Positions 26,978-35,982 of a stretch of DNA of 41,822 nucleotides are shown in pieces. How positions within the stretch are numbered: position 1 is the first letter of the stretch; each line of letters opens with the position of its first letter. The stretch comes from a virus. Taxonomy: Duplodnaviria > Caudoviricetes. The translations under genes were made by a program, and so were the position numbers. The DNA is taken from positions 1-41,822 of the IMG/VR virus record IMGVR_UViG_3300037313_001383, one strand, 5' to 3'. The notes under the pieces were generated by a model, which ran no database searches, had not been told where the DNA came from, and saw nothing but the letters and a program-made list of their open reading frames with translations.

Positions 26978-27529
26978 TTATTGGTAATAGAAGCTGAAGG
27001 TCAGCTCTTGTTGTTCGCCTAGGACGGCACGCATATCGTCCGTCCATTGGCCGTAAGGCGCACGGTCGGTGATTGCGCTAACACAGACGCGCGTCGCGCC
27101 TTCCGAAGCTGTCCCCGAAACGTCCGCGACGCGAACAACCTTCCCGTCAGCATCAAGGACGAACTTCACCTCGACGCGGGAACCGGTCACGGGGGTTGCG
27201 GTGCTTTGGATTAACAGCCGTTCCCATTGCAACTGCACCGTCTCAATCATGCGCTGGAGATACGCGCCGTAGGACTTCCACCGAGGGTCCTGTTCGACTT
27301 TCATGTTCGCGGTGCCGACTCGATCCTCTGCGAGAACTGCCGGCCGAACTGCGGCGCCGCGACCTATTTCGGGACGAGCGGTTGAGCGCAGAGTTGGCCG
27401 GCGCGGCTCGCCTGCGAGTTTCGCGTTGGTCTCTTCGACGATGCGGGCGCTGTCGGTTGCCGGTTGGGGAGAAACGGATGAGCAGCCGGCGATGAAGGCT
27501 GTGGCAAAAAGGCAAAGCGCTGTCTTCAT
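26978..27529 (-). CDS. Lipoprotein with TonB/TolA C-terminal-like domain, 183 aa
   Basis: MKTALCLFATAFIAG-C lipobox; YGAYLQRMIETVQLQW...VEVKFVLDADGKV...AITDRAPYGQW resembles the TonB_C/TolA_C fold; starts 7 bp after the repressor stop. Confidence 0.72.
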   Translation of the reverse strand: MKTALCLFATAFIAGCSSVSPQPATDSARIVEETNAKLAGEPRRPTLRSTARPEIGRGAAVRPAVLAEDRVGTANMKVEQDPRWKSYGAYLQRMIETVQLQWERLLIQSTATPVTGSRVEVKFVLDADGKVVRVADVSGTASEGATRVCVSAITDRAPYGQWTDDMRAVLGEQQELTFSFYYQ

Positions 27530-27536
27530 TTTGTAT

Positions 27537-28217
27537 TCAGAAATCGCGGACAAGGTTCTTGACGGGGTAAATCCAAAGGAAGCCTGCCGGGTCGTGCTCG
27601 ACCGTCGGGTAAACGGGGTTGAGCGGCGCCAGCCGGATTTTGCCGTTGGGCAGCTTGTGGTAAATTCGTAGCTGAACCCCTTCGTCGACGTGCTTCGCCA
27701 CAACCGGTTTCCCGTTAGACGGCGGGCGGCTCGGCTCACACACAACGCGGTCGCCCGCGAAAACCTTGGGCTCCATTGAGTCCCCCTCTACGATCACGCC
27801 GAATGCCCGCGGGTCCGAGCTGCTCGTAGGAACTTTGCCGCGAAAATGGCGCGGCATCTCCTCGTAAACTGCCGCCTCCCCAGCGTGGCTCCAAGAGATC
27901 ACAGGCACCTCGCGCATCATGTGCCCGTGCTCGGCGACCGCAGCGTTCACCTCAGGACTATCTGAGAATTGCTGAGGTTGGCCAACTCCGTGGAAGAGCC
28001 ACTCGGGGCGAACTCCAAGCAGCTTCGCGAGGGCAGGCCGCTCCGCAGAGCGGGGAAAATTCCGGCCCTTAAACCAGTTGTTAACACGGCCGGAGTTCTT
28101 CGCGTTAATGCCGATCCGGGCGGCAATTTCCGTCTGGTTGAGGCCCGCGGCAGTGGCCGCGCGCTCCAGCCGGAACGCGAAATCTCTGAGGATTTCTGAG
28201 TTTTCTGCTTGATCCAT
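27537..28217 (-). CDS. CI-like repressor (XRE HTH + S24 autopeptidase)
   Basis: GLNQTEIAARIG...VNNWFKG HTH; VPVISWSHAG cleavage site; VEGDSMEP catalytic Ser; LAPLNPVYP. Confidence 0.93.
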   Translation of the reverse strand: MDQAENSEILRDFAFRLERAATAAGLNQTEIAARIGINAKNSGRVNNWFKGRNFPRSAERPALAKLLGVRPEWLFHGVGQPQQFSDSPEVNAAVAEHGHMMREVPVISWSHAGEAAVYEEMPRHFRGKVPTSSSDPRAFGVIVEGDSMEPKVFAGDRVVCEPSRPPSNGKPVVAKHVDEGVQLRIYHKLPNGKIRLAPLNPVYPTVEHDPAGFLWIYPVKNLVRDF

Positions 28218-28256
28218 TCTGAGGTTTTGTAGAGAACCTCTACAGAATTCCTCAGA
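28185..28256. promoter_or_regulatory. Lysis/lysogeny switch operator region
   Basis: Nested inverted repeats TCTGAGG/CCTCAGA and TGTAGAG/CTCTACA within the 44-bp gap; extra TCTGAG copies at 28185 and 28195. Confidence 0.7.
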
Positions 28257-28261
28257 CCCTC

Positions 28262-28474
28262 GTGCCTAAGTCAATTTCAATCCCCCTGCCGCGCGTCCGC
28301 GCCGCCCTCACGTTGCGGCGGGTCAGCATTCCGAAAATCGCGCGGAAGCACGGCGCGTGCTACCAGACGTGCTACGCGGCTCTCCGCGGCACGCGTCCGG
28401 GGCGCGACGTCAAAGTTCAAAACGCGGTCCGCGAAATGCAGGACATCGCGCGGGAGGTGTTGCGCGATGAATAG
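28262..28474 (+). CDS. Ner/Cro-like HTH regulator
   Basis: VRAALTLRRVSIPKIARKHG...CYAALRG; divergent from the repressor. Confidence 0.72.
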   Translation: MPKSISIPLPRVRAALTLRRVSIPKIARKHGACYQTCYAALRGTRPGRDVKVQNAVREMQDIAREVLRDE

Positions 28475-28700
28475 GCCCGCGCACGTCCTGATCGCCTTTG
28501 CGCTCGAATCGCTGCCAGCGGCGTCGCTGACGCGTCAGGCGGAAGTCTATCGCGCGATTGCCGAGATGAGCGCGCGCCGCTCCGAACGCGCCCGGTTCGA
28601 GCGCCTCGCGGCCTCGTGCGACGAGCAGATCGCGCGGCAGCAAGCCCACGCTAACGAGCACGAACAGCTCGTGCTCGATTTCAAAAAAGGAGCGCTCTGA
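28467..28700 (+). CDS. Hypothetical early protein
   Basis: Overlapping start and operon continuity; helical, 77 aa. Confidence 0.6.
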   Translation: MNRPAHVLIAFALESLPAASLTRQAEVYRAIAEMSARRSERARFERLAASCDEQIARQQAHANEHEQLVLDFKKGAL

Positions 28701-28702
28701 CC

Positions 28703-29023
28703 GTGTCGGGCGAGCAGCTCCAGTTTCCGTTTCCGTCGCTGGACTTCCCCGGCCGCACGACGCTGACCGCCGCGGAAATCGCGGGGCGTCTCGGCTATGA
28801 CGAGAAGCATGTGCGCGACCTGATCACGGAAGGGGAGCTGCCTGCCATCGACGGCAAGGGCAAGGACGCGACGCGCGGCAGCTACCGGGTGCCCATCGAG
28901 AACTACCGCGACTTCGTCACCGCGCGCATGACCGGCCCGCGCCGGATCGAGCTGCTGCGCCATCTGCCGAAACCCGTGCTGCGCGAACTCGTGCGCGAGC
29001 TGAACGAGCACCTCAAGGCCTGA
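28703..29023 (+). CDS. HTH_17/excisionase-like DNA-binding protein
   Basis: TLTAAEIAGRLGYDEKHVRDLITEGELPA...YRVP; AAGGAG RBS upstream. Confidence 0.78.
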   Translation: MSGEQLQFPFPSLDFPGRTTLTAAEIAGRLGYDEKHVRDLITEGELPAIDGKGKDATRGSYRVPIENYRDFVTARMTGPRRIELLRHLPKPVLRELVRELNEHLKA

Positions 29024-29033
29024 CCCACTCTCC

Positions 29034-29759
29034 ATGTCCAAAGGAAAACATTCCGAGAAAACCAAGGCGGCGCTGGTCGTGCTGAACGACGGCGGCGCGA
29101 TCATCACCGACAAGCACGAGCTGTCGCGATTCCAGAGCGACACCGCGAAGCAGCTGGCGCTGATCTTCAAGACGGAGCACGACAACGTGCTGCGCCGCAT
29201 CTTCGTCGGCCTCGCGCTGTGGCGCATCAAGGCGTCGCTCAAGCACGGCGAGTTCGGGCCGTGGCTGAAGAAGAACGTCGCCGCCGGTCACTCGCACATC
29301 AACCACATGATGCGCGCGGCGCAGACGTTCGTGGAACACGCGCGGCTCGATAAGCCCGACGTCCTCACGCTCACGAACGGCCAGCTCGCGGTCGAGGTCA
29401 CCGGCAAGGACGCGCCCACCCGCAAGCTGATCGCCTCCGCGGAAAAGTTCGTCGGCGAGCTGTCGTGGGGCGAGCTGCTCGACAAGCACGGCATCAAGGA
29501 CGCCGCGAAGACCGGCGGCGCGCGGACCGCCACGAAGGCCGGCGAGGCCAACGTGCCCGACGAGGAGCAGCTCTACCTTTTCGCCCGCGATGAAATCGGC
29601 GGCGTGCTGACGCAGGCCGAGACGCTCCTCGTGAAAGAGAACCGGCTGCAGTTCCTCGCGAAGCACCCGGACGAAGTTCGCGGCGTGGTCAGCTCGCTGC
29701 GCGCGCTCGCCGACAAGGTCGAGGCCGCCGCAAAGCCGCTGCTCGAAAAGAAAGCCTAA
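29034..29759 (+). CDS. DUF3102-like protein
   Basis: GLALWRIKASLKHGEFGPWL...HMMRAA; typical position before MuA. Confidence 0.7.
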   Translation: MSKGKHSEKTKAALVVLNDGGAIITDKHELSRFQSDTAKQLALIFKTEHDNVLRRIFVGLALWRIKASLKHGEFGPWLKKNVAAGHSHINHMMRAAQTFVEHARLDKPDVLTLTNGQLAVEVTGKDAPTRKLIASAEKFVGELSWGELLDKHGIKDAAKTGGARTATKAGEANVPDEEQLYLFARDEIGGVLTQAETLLVKENRLQFLAKHPDEVRGVVSSLRALADKVEAAAKPLLEKKA

Positions 29760-29774
29760 CCCCGCTCTCGCCCC

Positions 29775-31901
29775 ATGAACACCGCCGCCGTCTCCGTCAA
29801 CGCATCGCAGGCCCTTGCACTCGCCAACGGCCCGCGGTTCTCGATTCCGCTCGACGACCTCGCGGAGTTTTCCGCGTTGCCCGAGGCCCGTCGCACCGAA
29901 GTCCGTTTCACGCTGCAGCTGCTCGAACGGCTGCACGCGCTGCGCGGCGAGGGCAACGTGACCGTGGCGGCGCAGGTGATCGCGGCGAACCACAAGCACC
30001 AGATGCGCGGCTGCTCGGCGTCGTCCTTGCTGCGCAAATACTACGCGTTCCTCGGCACCATCAGCGACGAGTGCCCGGCCGGCGACTGGCGCGCCCTGGT
30101 CGCGAACTACAAGGGGCCGTCGTCGCTGCCGCCGGAGTTCGAGCAGTTCGTGAAGAAGCTCGCCGAGGACAACCACCGCAGCATGGCCGAGGCGTTCGAG
30201 CTGCTCCGCACGGAAATCTGGCCCAGCGGCCAGCCCGTGCCCGGCTACGGGTCATGGATCGAGCACTACGCGAAAACGTATCCCACGCACGCGCTGCCGA
30301 AGACGTGCCCGCGTGGGTTCTTTCCGGTCGGCTGGTCGAAGCGTAACCTCTACCGGAAAGCCCCGAACAAGGGCGCGCGCGTGCTGTTTCAGCGCGGCCT
30401 CGCGGCGGCGAAGCGTCACTTCCCGTCGATCACCCGCGACCCGTCCGGCCTCCGTCCGCTCGAGCTGATCGTGATCGACGACTTCAATCTCGATTGCCTG
30501 TGCGTGTTTCCGGGTGACGGGCGCACGGCGCCGCAGATCGCGCCGGTCGCCGGCCTCCTCGCCAAGTGCGTCGGCACGCGGCGCAATCTCGTGTGGGGCG
30601 TGGGCGCGCAAGTGCTGCGCGAGGAGAAGCAGCCCGACGGCTCGATCAAGAAGGTGCGCTGCGGCATCCGCCGCGTCGACGTGCAGACGCTGATTCACGC
30701 GCTCTTCGCGAAGTTCGGCCTGCCGGACTACCCGGTCACGATCCTCTGCGAAAACGCGACGGCGGCGATCTCCGACGATTTCGAGACGGCGTTGACGTCG
30801 ATGTTCGAGGGCCGCGTGCGCGTCGAGCGCACCGGCCTGATCAACCAGCGGCTGCTCACGAACGGGTTCTGCGAGCGCGGCGGCAAGCCGTGGGAGAAGG
30901 GTTGGATCGAGTCCGCGTTCAACGCGCTCTGGAACAAGCTCGGCAACATGCCCGGCTACAAGGGCAGCAACCAGCGCCTGAATTCGCCGGCCGGCCTCGA
31001 CGAGGCCATCAACTACACGAAGCTCCTGATCGGTCAGGGCGAGGGCGAATACAACCTGCCGCCGGAAAAGATCGCGCTGCTGCGCCTGCCGTTCCCGTCG
31101 CCGGAGGCCGTCGAGCGCGCATTCGCATGGGCGTGCGCCGCGCAGGATGCGCGCACCGATCATCGCTACCTCGGCTTTGACCAGGTCACGGAATTTCAGC
31201 TGACCGACGGCGAGGAGCCCCGCCCGTTTCACGAGCTGGCCCTCGTGCCCGTCACGCAACAGGCGAACGTAATCGTGCGCCAACGGCCCGAGGCGCCCAT
31301 CGAGCGCTGGTCGCGTCTCGCGGCCACGCATCAGTTCCGCGCGATTCCGCCGGCCGTGCTGGCGCTGCTGCTCCTCACGCCGAAGCGCGTCACATATCGC
31401 AACCACCAGATCACCTTCGCGCACGACAAGACCGGCTACACCTACGTCGACCAAGCGGGCACCGTGCTGCGCGGTGTGCCGGACGGCGCCGAGTTCCTCG
31501 GCTACTTCGACGCTGCGAACCCGGAACAGCTCCACCTCGCCGACATGCGCGGCGCCTATGCGGGTTCGCTCGTGCGCCTCGGCGGCAAACGCGGCGCCGT
31601 CGATCTGCGCGACAAGGACGCGCTGAAGGCCGCCGCCGCCGTGCAGGCGACGGTGATCAACCGCGCCGCTGCGGAGATCGCCGAACGCCACGCCGAGCAG
31701 AACGCGCAGCTAGGCCTCGACCGCGCGCACAACGACGCCGTCGTCGCCGAGCACAAAGCCAGCAACGGCGCCGCGCAGATCGTCACCGCGGTCGCCGGCA
31801 ACGCGGCCCGCGCTGAGGCGAAGGCGAAGGCCAACGCCCGCGCCGACAAAGGCGTGAGCGCCAGCGCCGCGAGCGACGCGCTCGCCGACCTGACCGAGTG
31901 A
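29775..31901 (+). CDS. MuA-like transposase, 708 aa
   Basis: RNase H-like core LELIVIDDFNLD...ILCENATAA...GKPWEKGWIESAFN; directly upstream of a MuB-like ATPase. Confidence 0.85.
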   Translation: MNTAAVSVNASQALALANGPRFSIPLDDLAEFSALPEARRTEVRFTLQLLERLHALRGEGNVTVAAQVIAANHKHQMRGCSASSLLRKYYAFLGTISDECPAGDWRALVANYKGPSSLPPEFEQFVKKLAEDNHRSMAEAFELLRTEIWPSGQPVPGYGSWIEHYAKTYPTHALPKTCPRGFFPVGWSKRNLYRKAPNKGARVLFQRGLAAAKRHFPSITRDPSGLRPLELIVIDDFNLDCLCVFPGDGRTAPQIAPVAGLLAKCVGTRRNLVWGVGAQVLREEKQPDGSIKKVRCGIRRVDVQTLIHALFAKFGLPDYPVTILCENATAAISDDFETALTSMFEGRVRVERTGLINQRLLTNGFCERGGKPWEKGWIESAFNALWNKLGNMPGYKGSNQRLNSPAGLDEAINYTKLLIGQGEGEYNLPPEKIALLRLPFPSPEAVERAFAWACAAQDARTDHRYLGFDQVTEFQLTDGEEPRPFHELALVPVTQQANVIVRQRPEAPIERWSRLAATHQFRAIPPAVLALLLLTPKRVTYRNHQITFAHDKTGYTYVDQAGTVLRGVPDGAEFLGYFDAANPEQLHLADMRGAYAGSLVRLGGKRGAVDLRDKDALKAAAAVQATVINRAAAEIAERHAEQNAQLGLDRAHNDAVVAEHKASNGAAQIVTAVAGNAARAEAKAKANARADKGVSASAASDALADLTE

Positions 31902-31947
31902 CCCGCCCCGTTTCTTCAACCGTTCAACCTCAACCAACACAGGACAC

Positions 31948-33096
31948 ATGACCGCAACCGCAACGCCCCCCGCCACCGATAACACGCCCGCCAACGGCAC
32001 GGAATGGACCGGCACGAACCTCGCCGGCGACGTCGTCGAGGCCGGCATTCGCCAACACAAGCCGGAGTTCCACGAAGACCTCCGCTGGTGGTTCCGCTAC
32101 TCCGGCGAAAAGAACATGAGCCAAGCCGACGCCGCGCGCACGCTCGGCGTTGACGCGGGCACCTACTCGAAAGTTTTCCGCGGCGAGTATCGCAACGCGA
32201 ACGGCATGATGCTGCCGCCGCCCTCGAAGATGCTCTCGCGCATTCGCGTCGTGCGGCAGCAGGAGCGCGAGAACGCCGAGGGCCGCAACAAGGGCCGCGT
32301 GATGACACCGACCGTCGCGGAGATTCACGCCGTCTGCAAAAAGGCGTGGACCGACCAAAGCATCGCGTTCGTTTTCGGCGAGTCGCACATCGGCAAAACC
32401 GAGGCGCTCGTCTGGTTCCGCGACGAGAACAACCACGGGGCGACGATCTACGTCGACCTTCAGGGGATTTGCGGCGTGCAAGACCTTTACCGGGCCTTTG
32501 CACGGGCGTTGAAAATCTCGCCCGACACGCCCATCGCGAAACTCATGCCGCGCATCTACGCGGCGATTGACCGCACGAATCTGGTGATCGTGGACGAGTT
32601 CCACCACATCACCTACGCCTACCAGAAGGGCGGCGCGGTGCGGATGATCAACGCGCTGAAGGCCATCAAGGACAAGACCGGCTGCGCGATGGTGATTTGC
32701 TCGACGAACGTCGGGCGCGACGAGTTCGACGCCGAGAAGGGCCACGAGGCGCAGCTGCTGAAGCAGCTGTGGCGCCGTGGCACGATCAAGCTGCAGCTGC
32801 CCGACGCGCTGCGCGTGGGTGACGTGCGCGCGTTCGCCGAGACCTACGGACTCGACTTCCCGGCCGCGCCGGAGAGCGGCGACGATACGTGGAAGCGGCT
32901 CAACGCGGCGCACCCGACCTTCGTCGGCCTGAGCGTCTCCGAGAACATCGCCTACAACTACGGCGTGAAGCACCTCGTATCCGTTTTTAAGGACGGAAAC
33001 ATCCGTGCCCGAAAAAAGGATCGCGAGCTGACGTGGGACGACGTCGTCGCCGTCCAGAAGAACTACGACGCACTTAGCGCGAAGAAGGTCGTTTGA
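31948..33096 (+). CDS. MuB-like AAA+ transposition ATPase with N-terminal HTH
   Basis: MSQADAARTLGVDAGTYSKVFRGEY HTH; Walker A GESHIGKT; Walker B LVIVDEFH. Confidence 0.9.
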   Translation: MTATATPPATDNTPANGTEWTGTNLAGDVVEAGIRQHKPEFHEDLRWWFRYSGEKNMSQADAARTLGVDAGTYSKVFRGEYRNANGMMLPPPSKMLSRIRVVRQQERENAEGRNKGRVMTPTVAEIHAVCKKAWTDQSIAFVFGESHIGKTEALVWFRDENNHGATIYVDLQGICGVQDLYRAFARALKISPDTPIAKLMPRIYAAIDRTNLVIVDEFHHITYAYQKGGAVRMINALKAIKDKTGCAMVICSTNVGRDEFDAEKGHEAQLLKQLWRRGTIKLQLPDALRVGDVRAFAETYGLDFPAAPESGDDTWKRLNAAHPTFVGLSVSENIAYNYGVKHLVSVFKDGNIRARKKDRELTWDDVVAVQKNYDALSAKKVV

Positions 33097-33110
33097 GGAG
33101 GACGCGCGCC

Positions 33111-33539
33111 ATGATGAACCTCACGCACCAATCGACCATCAGCGAAGCACTGGGCGCGCTCGCGCGCCTTGGAGCCGCGTCGATGAAATACTCCATCAAC
33201 GACGGCAAGGACCGCCCGCTGGCATTCGTGTTCGTAGTCCGCGGGCGGTCGGAATCGGCCGAGTGCGCCGCGGCATTGGACACCGTCGAAGCCGGCTGGA
33301 ATGACGACAATGCGCTCGGCTCTTCCGCTCTGCTTTGGAAGGACGCAGCGAAGGAGCTGCCCGACGACAACACGCGCGTCATGTTCGCGTGTCGCGACAC
33401 CGACGAGCCGGGCTGCGGATATCACGAGGACGGCCGCTGGTTCTACGATAACGACGAGGCGGTGCGCGATCCGCACCCGGTCTACGCATGGGCGCACGTG
33501 CCAGCGCTGCCGCCCGCGAAGAAGGGAGGCCGCTCGTGA
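33111..33539 (+). CDS. Hypothetical protein with DUF551-like C-terminus
   Basis: WKDAAKELPDD...GRW...VYAWAHVPALP; GAGGAGG RBS. Confidence 0.62.
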   Translation: MMNLTHQSTISEALGALARLGAASMKYSINDGKDRPLAFVFVVRGRSESAECAAALDTVEAGWNDDNALGSSALLWKDAAKELPDDNTRVMFACRDTDEPGCGYHEDGRWFYDNDEAVRDPHPVYAWAHVPALPPAKKGGRS

Positions 33540-33907
33540 AGATCGACCAGCTGAACATGACCTTCCCCGGCGAAGGCGACATGTCGCTCGTGATCGCCAC
33601 CGACGACCACGGCACGATGCTCGGCACGGTTTGCGTGAAGCGCGCGGGCGCCCACGTCGCGGAGTTCGCGCGCCTGTTCGTGCGTGAGGGAATCCGCCGT
33701 CAGGGTATCGGCCGCGCGCTGATCAACCGCGCCGTCGAGGTCGCCGAGAAGGCCGGTTGCGGCGCCATCTCGTGCGCCGTTCACCCGAACAACAAGGCCG
33801 CGTTCTGGTTCTACACGCGCCTCGGTTTCACCGCCGCGTTTCATTTCGGCGACGGCGACATCCTCATGACCCGGCCGGTCTCGGCCGCGACGCTCACTCG
33901 GTCATGA
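33536..33907 (+). CDS. GNAT N-acetyltransferase
   Basis: RLFVREGIRRQGIGRALI (motif A) and NKAAFWFYTRLGF (motif B). Confidence 0.88.
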   Translation: MKIDQLNMTFPGEGDMSLVIATDDHGTMLGTVCVKRAGAHVAEFARLFVREGIRRQGIGRALINRAVEVAEKAGCGAISCAVHPNNKAAFWFYTRLGFTAAFHFGDGDILMTRPVSAATLTRS

Positions 33908-34125
33908 CGCCGGTGTTCCTCCGTAACGGCAAGGCGGCGCACGTGACCGGTCGCGTGAACGTGGCGCCGTTTTCCCTGATTGGCCGCCAGAGCAGCGGCC
34001 AACTCGAACTCTGGAAAGAAGACGGCGAGTGGCGCGAGGACGGCGCGCCGCACCCGCTCGACATCGTGAGCATCGTCACCCCGTCCGGAATCCTCGTTTC
34101 GCTGGAAGGACAAAGCCCCGTATGA
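33904..34125 (+). CDS. Hypothetical phage protein
   Basis: ATGA coupling at both ends; LRNGKAA...WKEDGEW...HPLDIV. Confidence 0.6.
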   Translation: MTPVFLRNGKAAHVTGRVNVAPFSLIGRQSSGQLELWKEDGEWREDGAPHPLDIVSIVTPSGILVSLEGQSPV

Positions 34126-34289
34126 GACACTACCCCGCACAACGTTTTCACCCGCGGCTCGCCGCGGTGCACCACTTCCGCCGGCCGACGGTGCCGATGC
34201 GCGCGCGCCTCTTCTGGTTCGCGCTCGGCTTCTTCGCTTGCGCCAACGTGGCCGGATTTCTCGCCGGCGTTTTCCACTGGCCCAACTGA
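34122..34289 (+). CDS. Small membrane peptide, 55 aa
   Basis: ATGA coupling; C-terminal hydrophobic helix. Confidence 0.5.
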   Translation: MRHYPAQRFHPRLAAVHHFRRPTVPMRARLFWFALGFFACANVAGFLAGVFHWPN

Positions 34290-34293
34290 CGCC

Positions 34294-34500
34294 ATGACGC
34301 CGCACGCCATCAACAAGCTGCTCGACCGCGCAGCCGAAAACATCGCCTCGGCGAAGCTCGCGCGGGAGCGCGGCCGGGCCGACGTCGCGATGACGAACAT
34401 CAAATGCGCGCGCGACATCACCGCCGCGATCCTCGACGCGCACCACGCCGTCGACGCCCAGCCCGCTTCCCAAACCAAAACTCAACACGCACCAGCATGA
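34294..34500 (+). CDS. Hypothetical protein
   Basis: 68 aa; its stop overlaps the Gam-like ATG. Confidence 0.55.
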   Translation: MTPHAINKLLDRAAENIASAKLARERGRADVAMTNIKCARDITAAILDAHHAVDAQPASQTKTQHAPA

Positions 34501-35042
34501 ACGCCTCCGTCACTGAAATCACCCTCGTGGAAATCGACTCGCTCGCGAAGCAATACGCCAAAGCGCGCGCCGTCGTCTCCGAACGCGTCAACGAACTCGA
34601 AGCCGAGGTCGCTACGCTCCAACGCCGCCGGATCGGTGGCATCAAGGTCGCCGCCGCCGAGGCCGCGGACATCGCGGCGAAATTGCGCGCCCTGGTCGAA
34701 CAGGCCGCACACCTGTTCGTGAAGCCGAAGACGATGACGCTGCACGGCATCACGGTCGGTTTCCGCAAGGGCGCCGGCAAAGTCGAATGGGAGGACGACG
34801 CGAAGGTCGTGTCGCTCATTCGCAAGCACCTGCCCGAGCAGGCCGACGTCCTGATCATCACCGAGGAAAAGCCGTCCGCCGACGCGATGAAGAATCTCGA
34901 CGCGCGCGAGCTGGCGAAGATCGGCGCCCGCATGGAAGGCACCGGCGAGTTCGTCGTCGTGAAGTCGGCCGACAGCGCCGTCGACAAGCTCGTGGCCAAA
35001 ATCCTCAAGGAGGGCGCGACCGCCGCGGAGCCGAACCAATGA
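34497..35042 (+). CDS. Mu Gam-like host-nuclease inhibitor
   Basis: Coiled-coil N-terminus; LFVKPKTMTLHGITVGFRKG...EEKPSADAMK...LAKIGARME. Confidence 0.8.
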   Translation: MNASVTEITLVEIDSLAKQYAKARAVVSERVNELEAEVATLQRRRIGGIKVAAAEAADIAAKLRALVEQAAHLFVKPKTMTLHGITVGFRKGAGKVEWEDDAKVVSLIRKHLPEQADVLIITEEKPSADAMKNLDARELAKIGARMEGTGEFVVVKSADSAVDKLVAKILKEGATAAEPNQ

Positions 35043-35596
35043 GAGCGACGAGCTACGGGCCACGGTCGATCACCATTGACGGCAGCGAAGCCGAGATTCT
35101 GGCGCTGCAGCGCATGCTCGCCGGCGTCGGTTTCGTCGGTTGCGGACGTGAGGGCGTTCCGCTGTTCGCGGAGAAATTCGAGACAATCACGCCACAGCCG
35201 GACCCACACCTGATGCGGCATTTCACGCCGGCCGGTCCGACGGTTGCGAAGTTCACGCACGAACGCGGCCTGCAAACCGGCGCGGTCAAGTTCGATGAGG
35301 GCGAGGAAACGTATTGCTCGCTCTACGTCGAACACGTCTGCGGCTACGACTACACGCCCGAGAACTACGCGCGAGCCGCTGCCCGGCTGTCAGACCTCGG
35401 CCTGTCTTGCATGCGCAGCCCGCGCGGCGAAGACGGACGGTATTGGGAGCACTGGTTTCTTCCCGGCCTCTGGGCGGGGAAGGGGCAGCTCGAAGGGTGC
35501 AAGTCGCTCGAGAAGGCAATCAACGTTCTCATCCAAGCGTGCCGGCCGGGCTCGATCTCGGCCGTTCGTCAACGCGTCGCGCTCACTGTCGATTAA
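35039..35596 (+). CDS. Hypothetical protein, 185 aa
   Basis: ATGA-coupled start; CMRSPRGEDGRYWEHWFLPG segment; no family recognised. Confidence 0.6.
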   Translation: MRATSYGPRSITIDGSEAEILALQRMLAGVGFVGCGREGVPLFAEKFETITPQPDPHLMRHFTPAGPTVAKFTHERGLQTGAVKFDEGEETYCSLYVEHVCGYDYTPENYARAAARLSDLGLSCMRSPRGEDGRYWEHWFLPGLWAGKGQLEGCKSLEKAINVLIQACRPGSISAVRQRVALTVD

Positions 35597-35597
35597 C

Positions 35598-35981
35598 ATG
35601 GACGCTGCAACACTCACGCGCCTCCGGCGCGAAAAGAACCGGCTGAAGTGGGGCGAACAGAACTGGCCCGACGGCACAGGCCCCAGTGTCGAGCGCAACG
35701 CCGCCCGCTCGGCAGCGCAGGCGCGCGTCGACGCCGGAATGAAGGCCGGATCGGTGACCTACTTCGAAATTCTCCAAGAGGAGTTTCGTGAGGTCGCGTG
35801 CGAGGCCGAGGAACATGAATTGCTCGCCGAGCTGATCGACGTCGCCGCCGTCGCACAGGACTGGGCCGATTCACTCCTGCGGCGCGCACAGCGCAATCTC
35901 GACGCCCGTCGGCCGAAGGCGCGCAAGTCGCCGGGCCGTGAAAACAAGCCGGCGCCCCAACCCGGCCGCACGTTCGCCTAA
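35598..35981 (+). CDS. MazG-like (all-alpha NTP pyrophosphohydrolase) protein
   Basis: KWGEQN...ILQEEFREV...ELIDVAAVAQDW (EExxE...ExxD pattern). Confidence 0.65.
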   Translation: MDAATLTRLRREKNRLKWGEQNWPDGTGPSVERNAARSAAQARVDAGMKAGSVTYFEILQEEFREVACEAEEHELLAELIDVAAVAQDWADSLLRRAQRNLDARRPKARKSPGRENKPAPQPGRTFA

Positions 35982-35982
35982 A

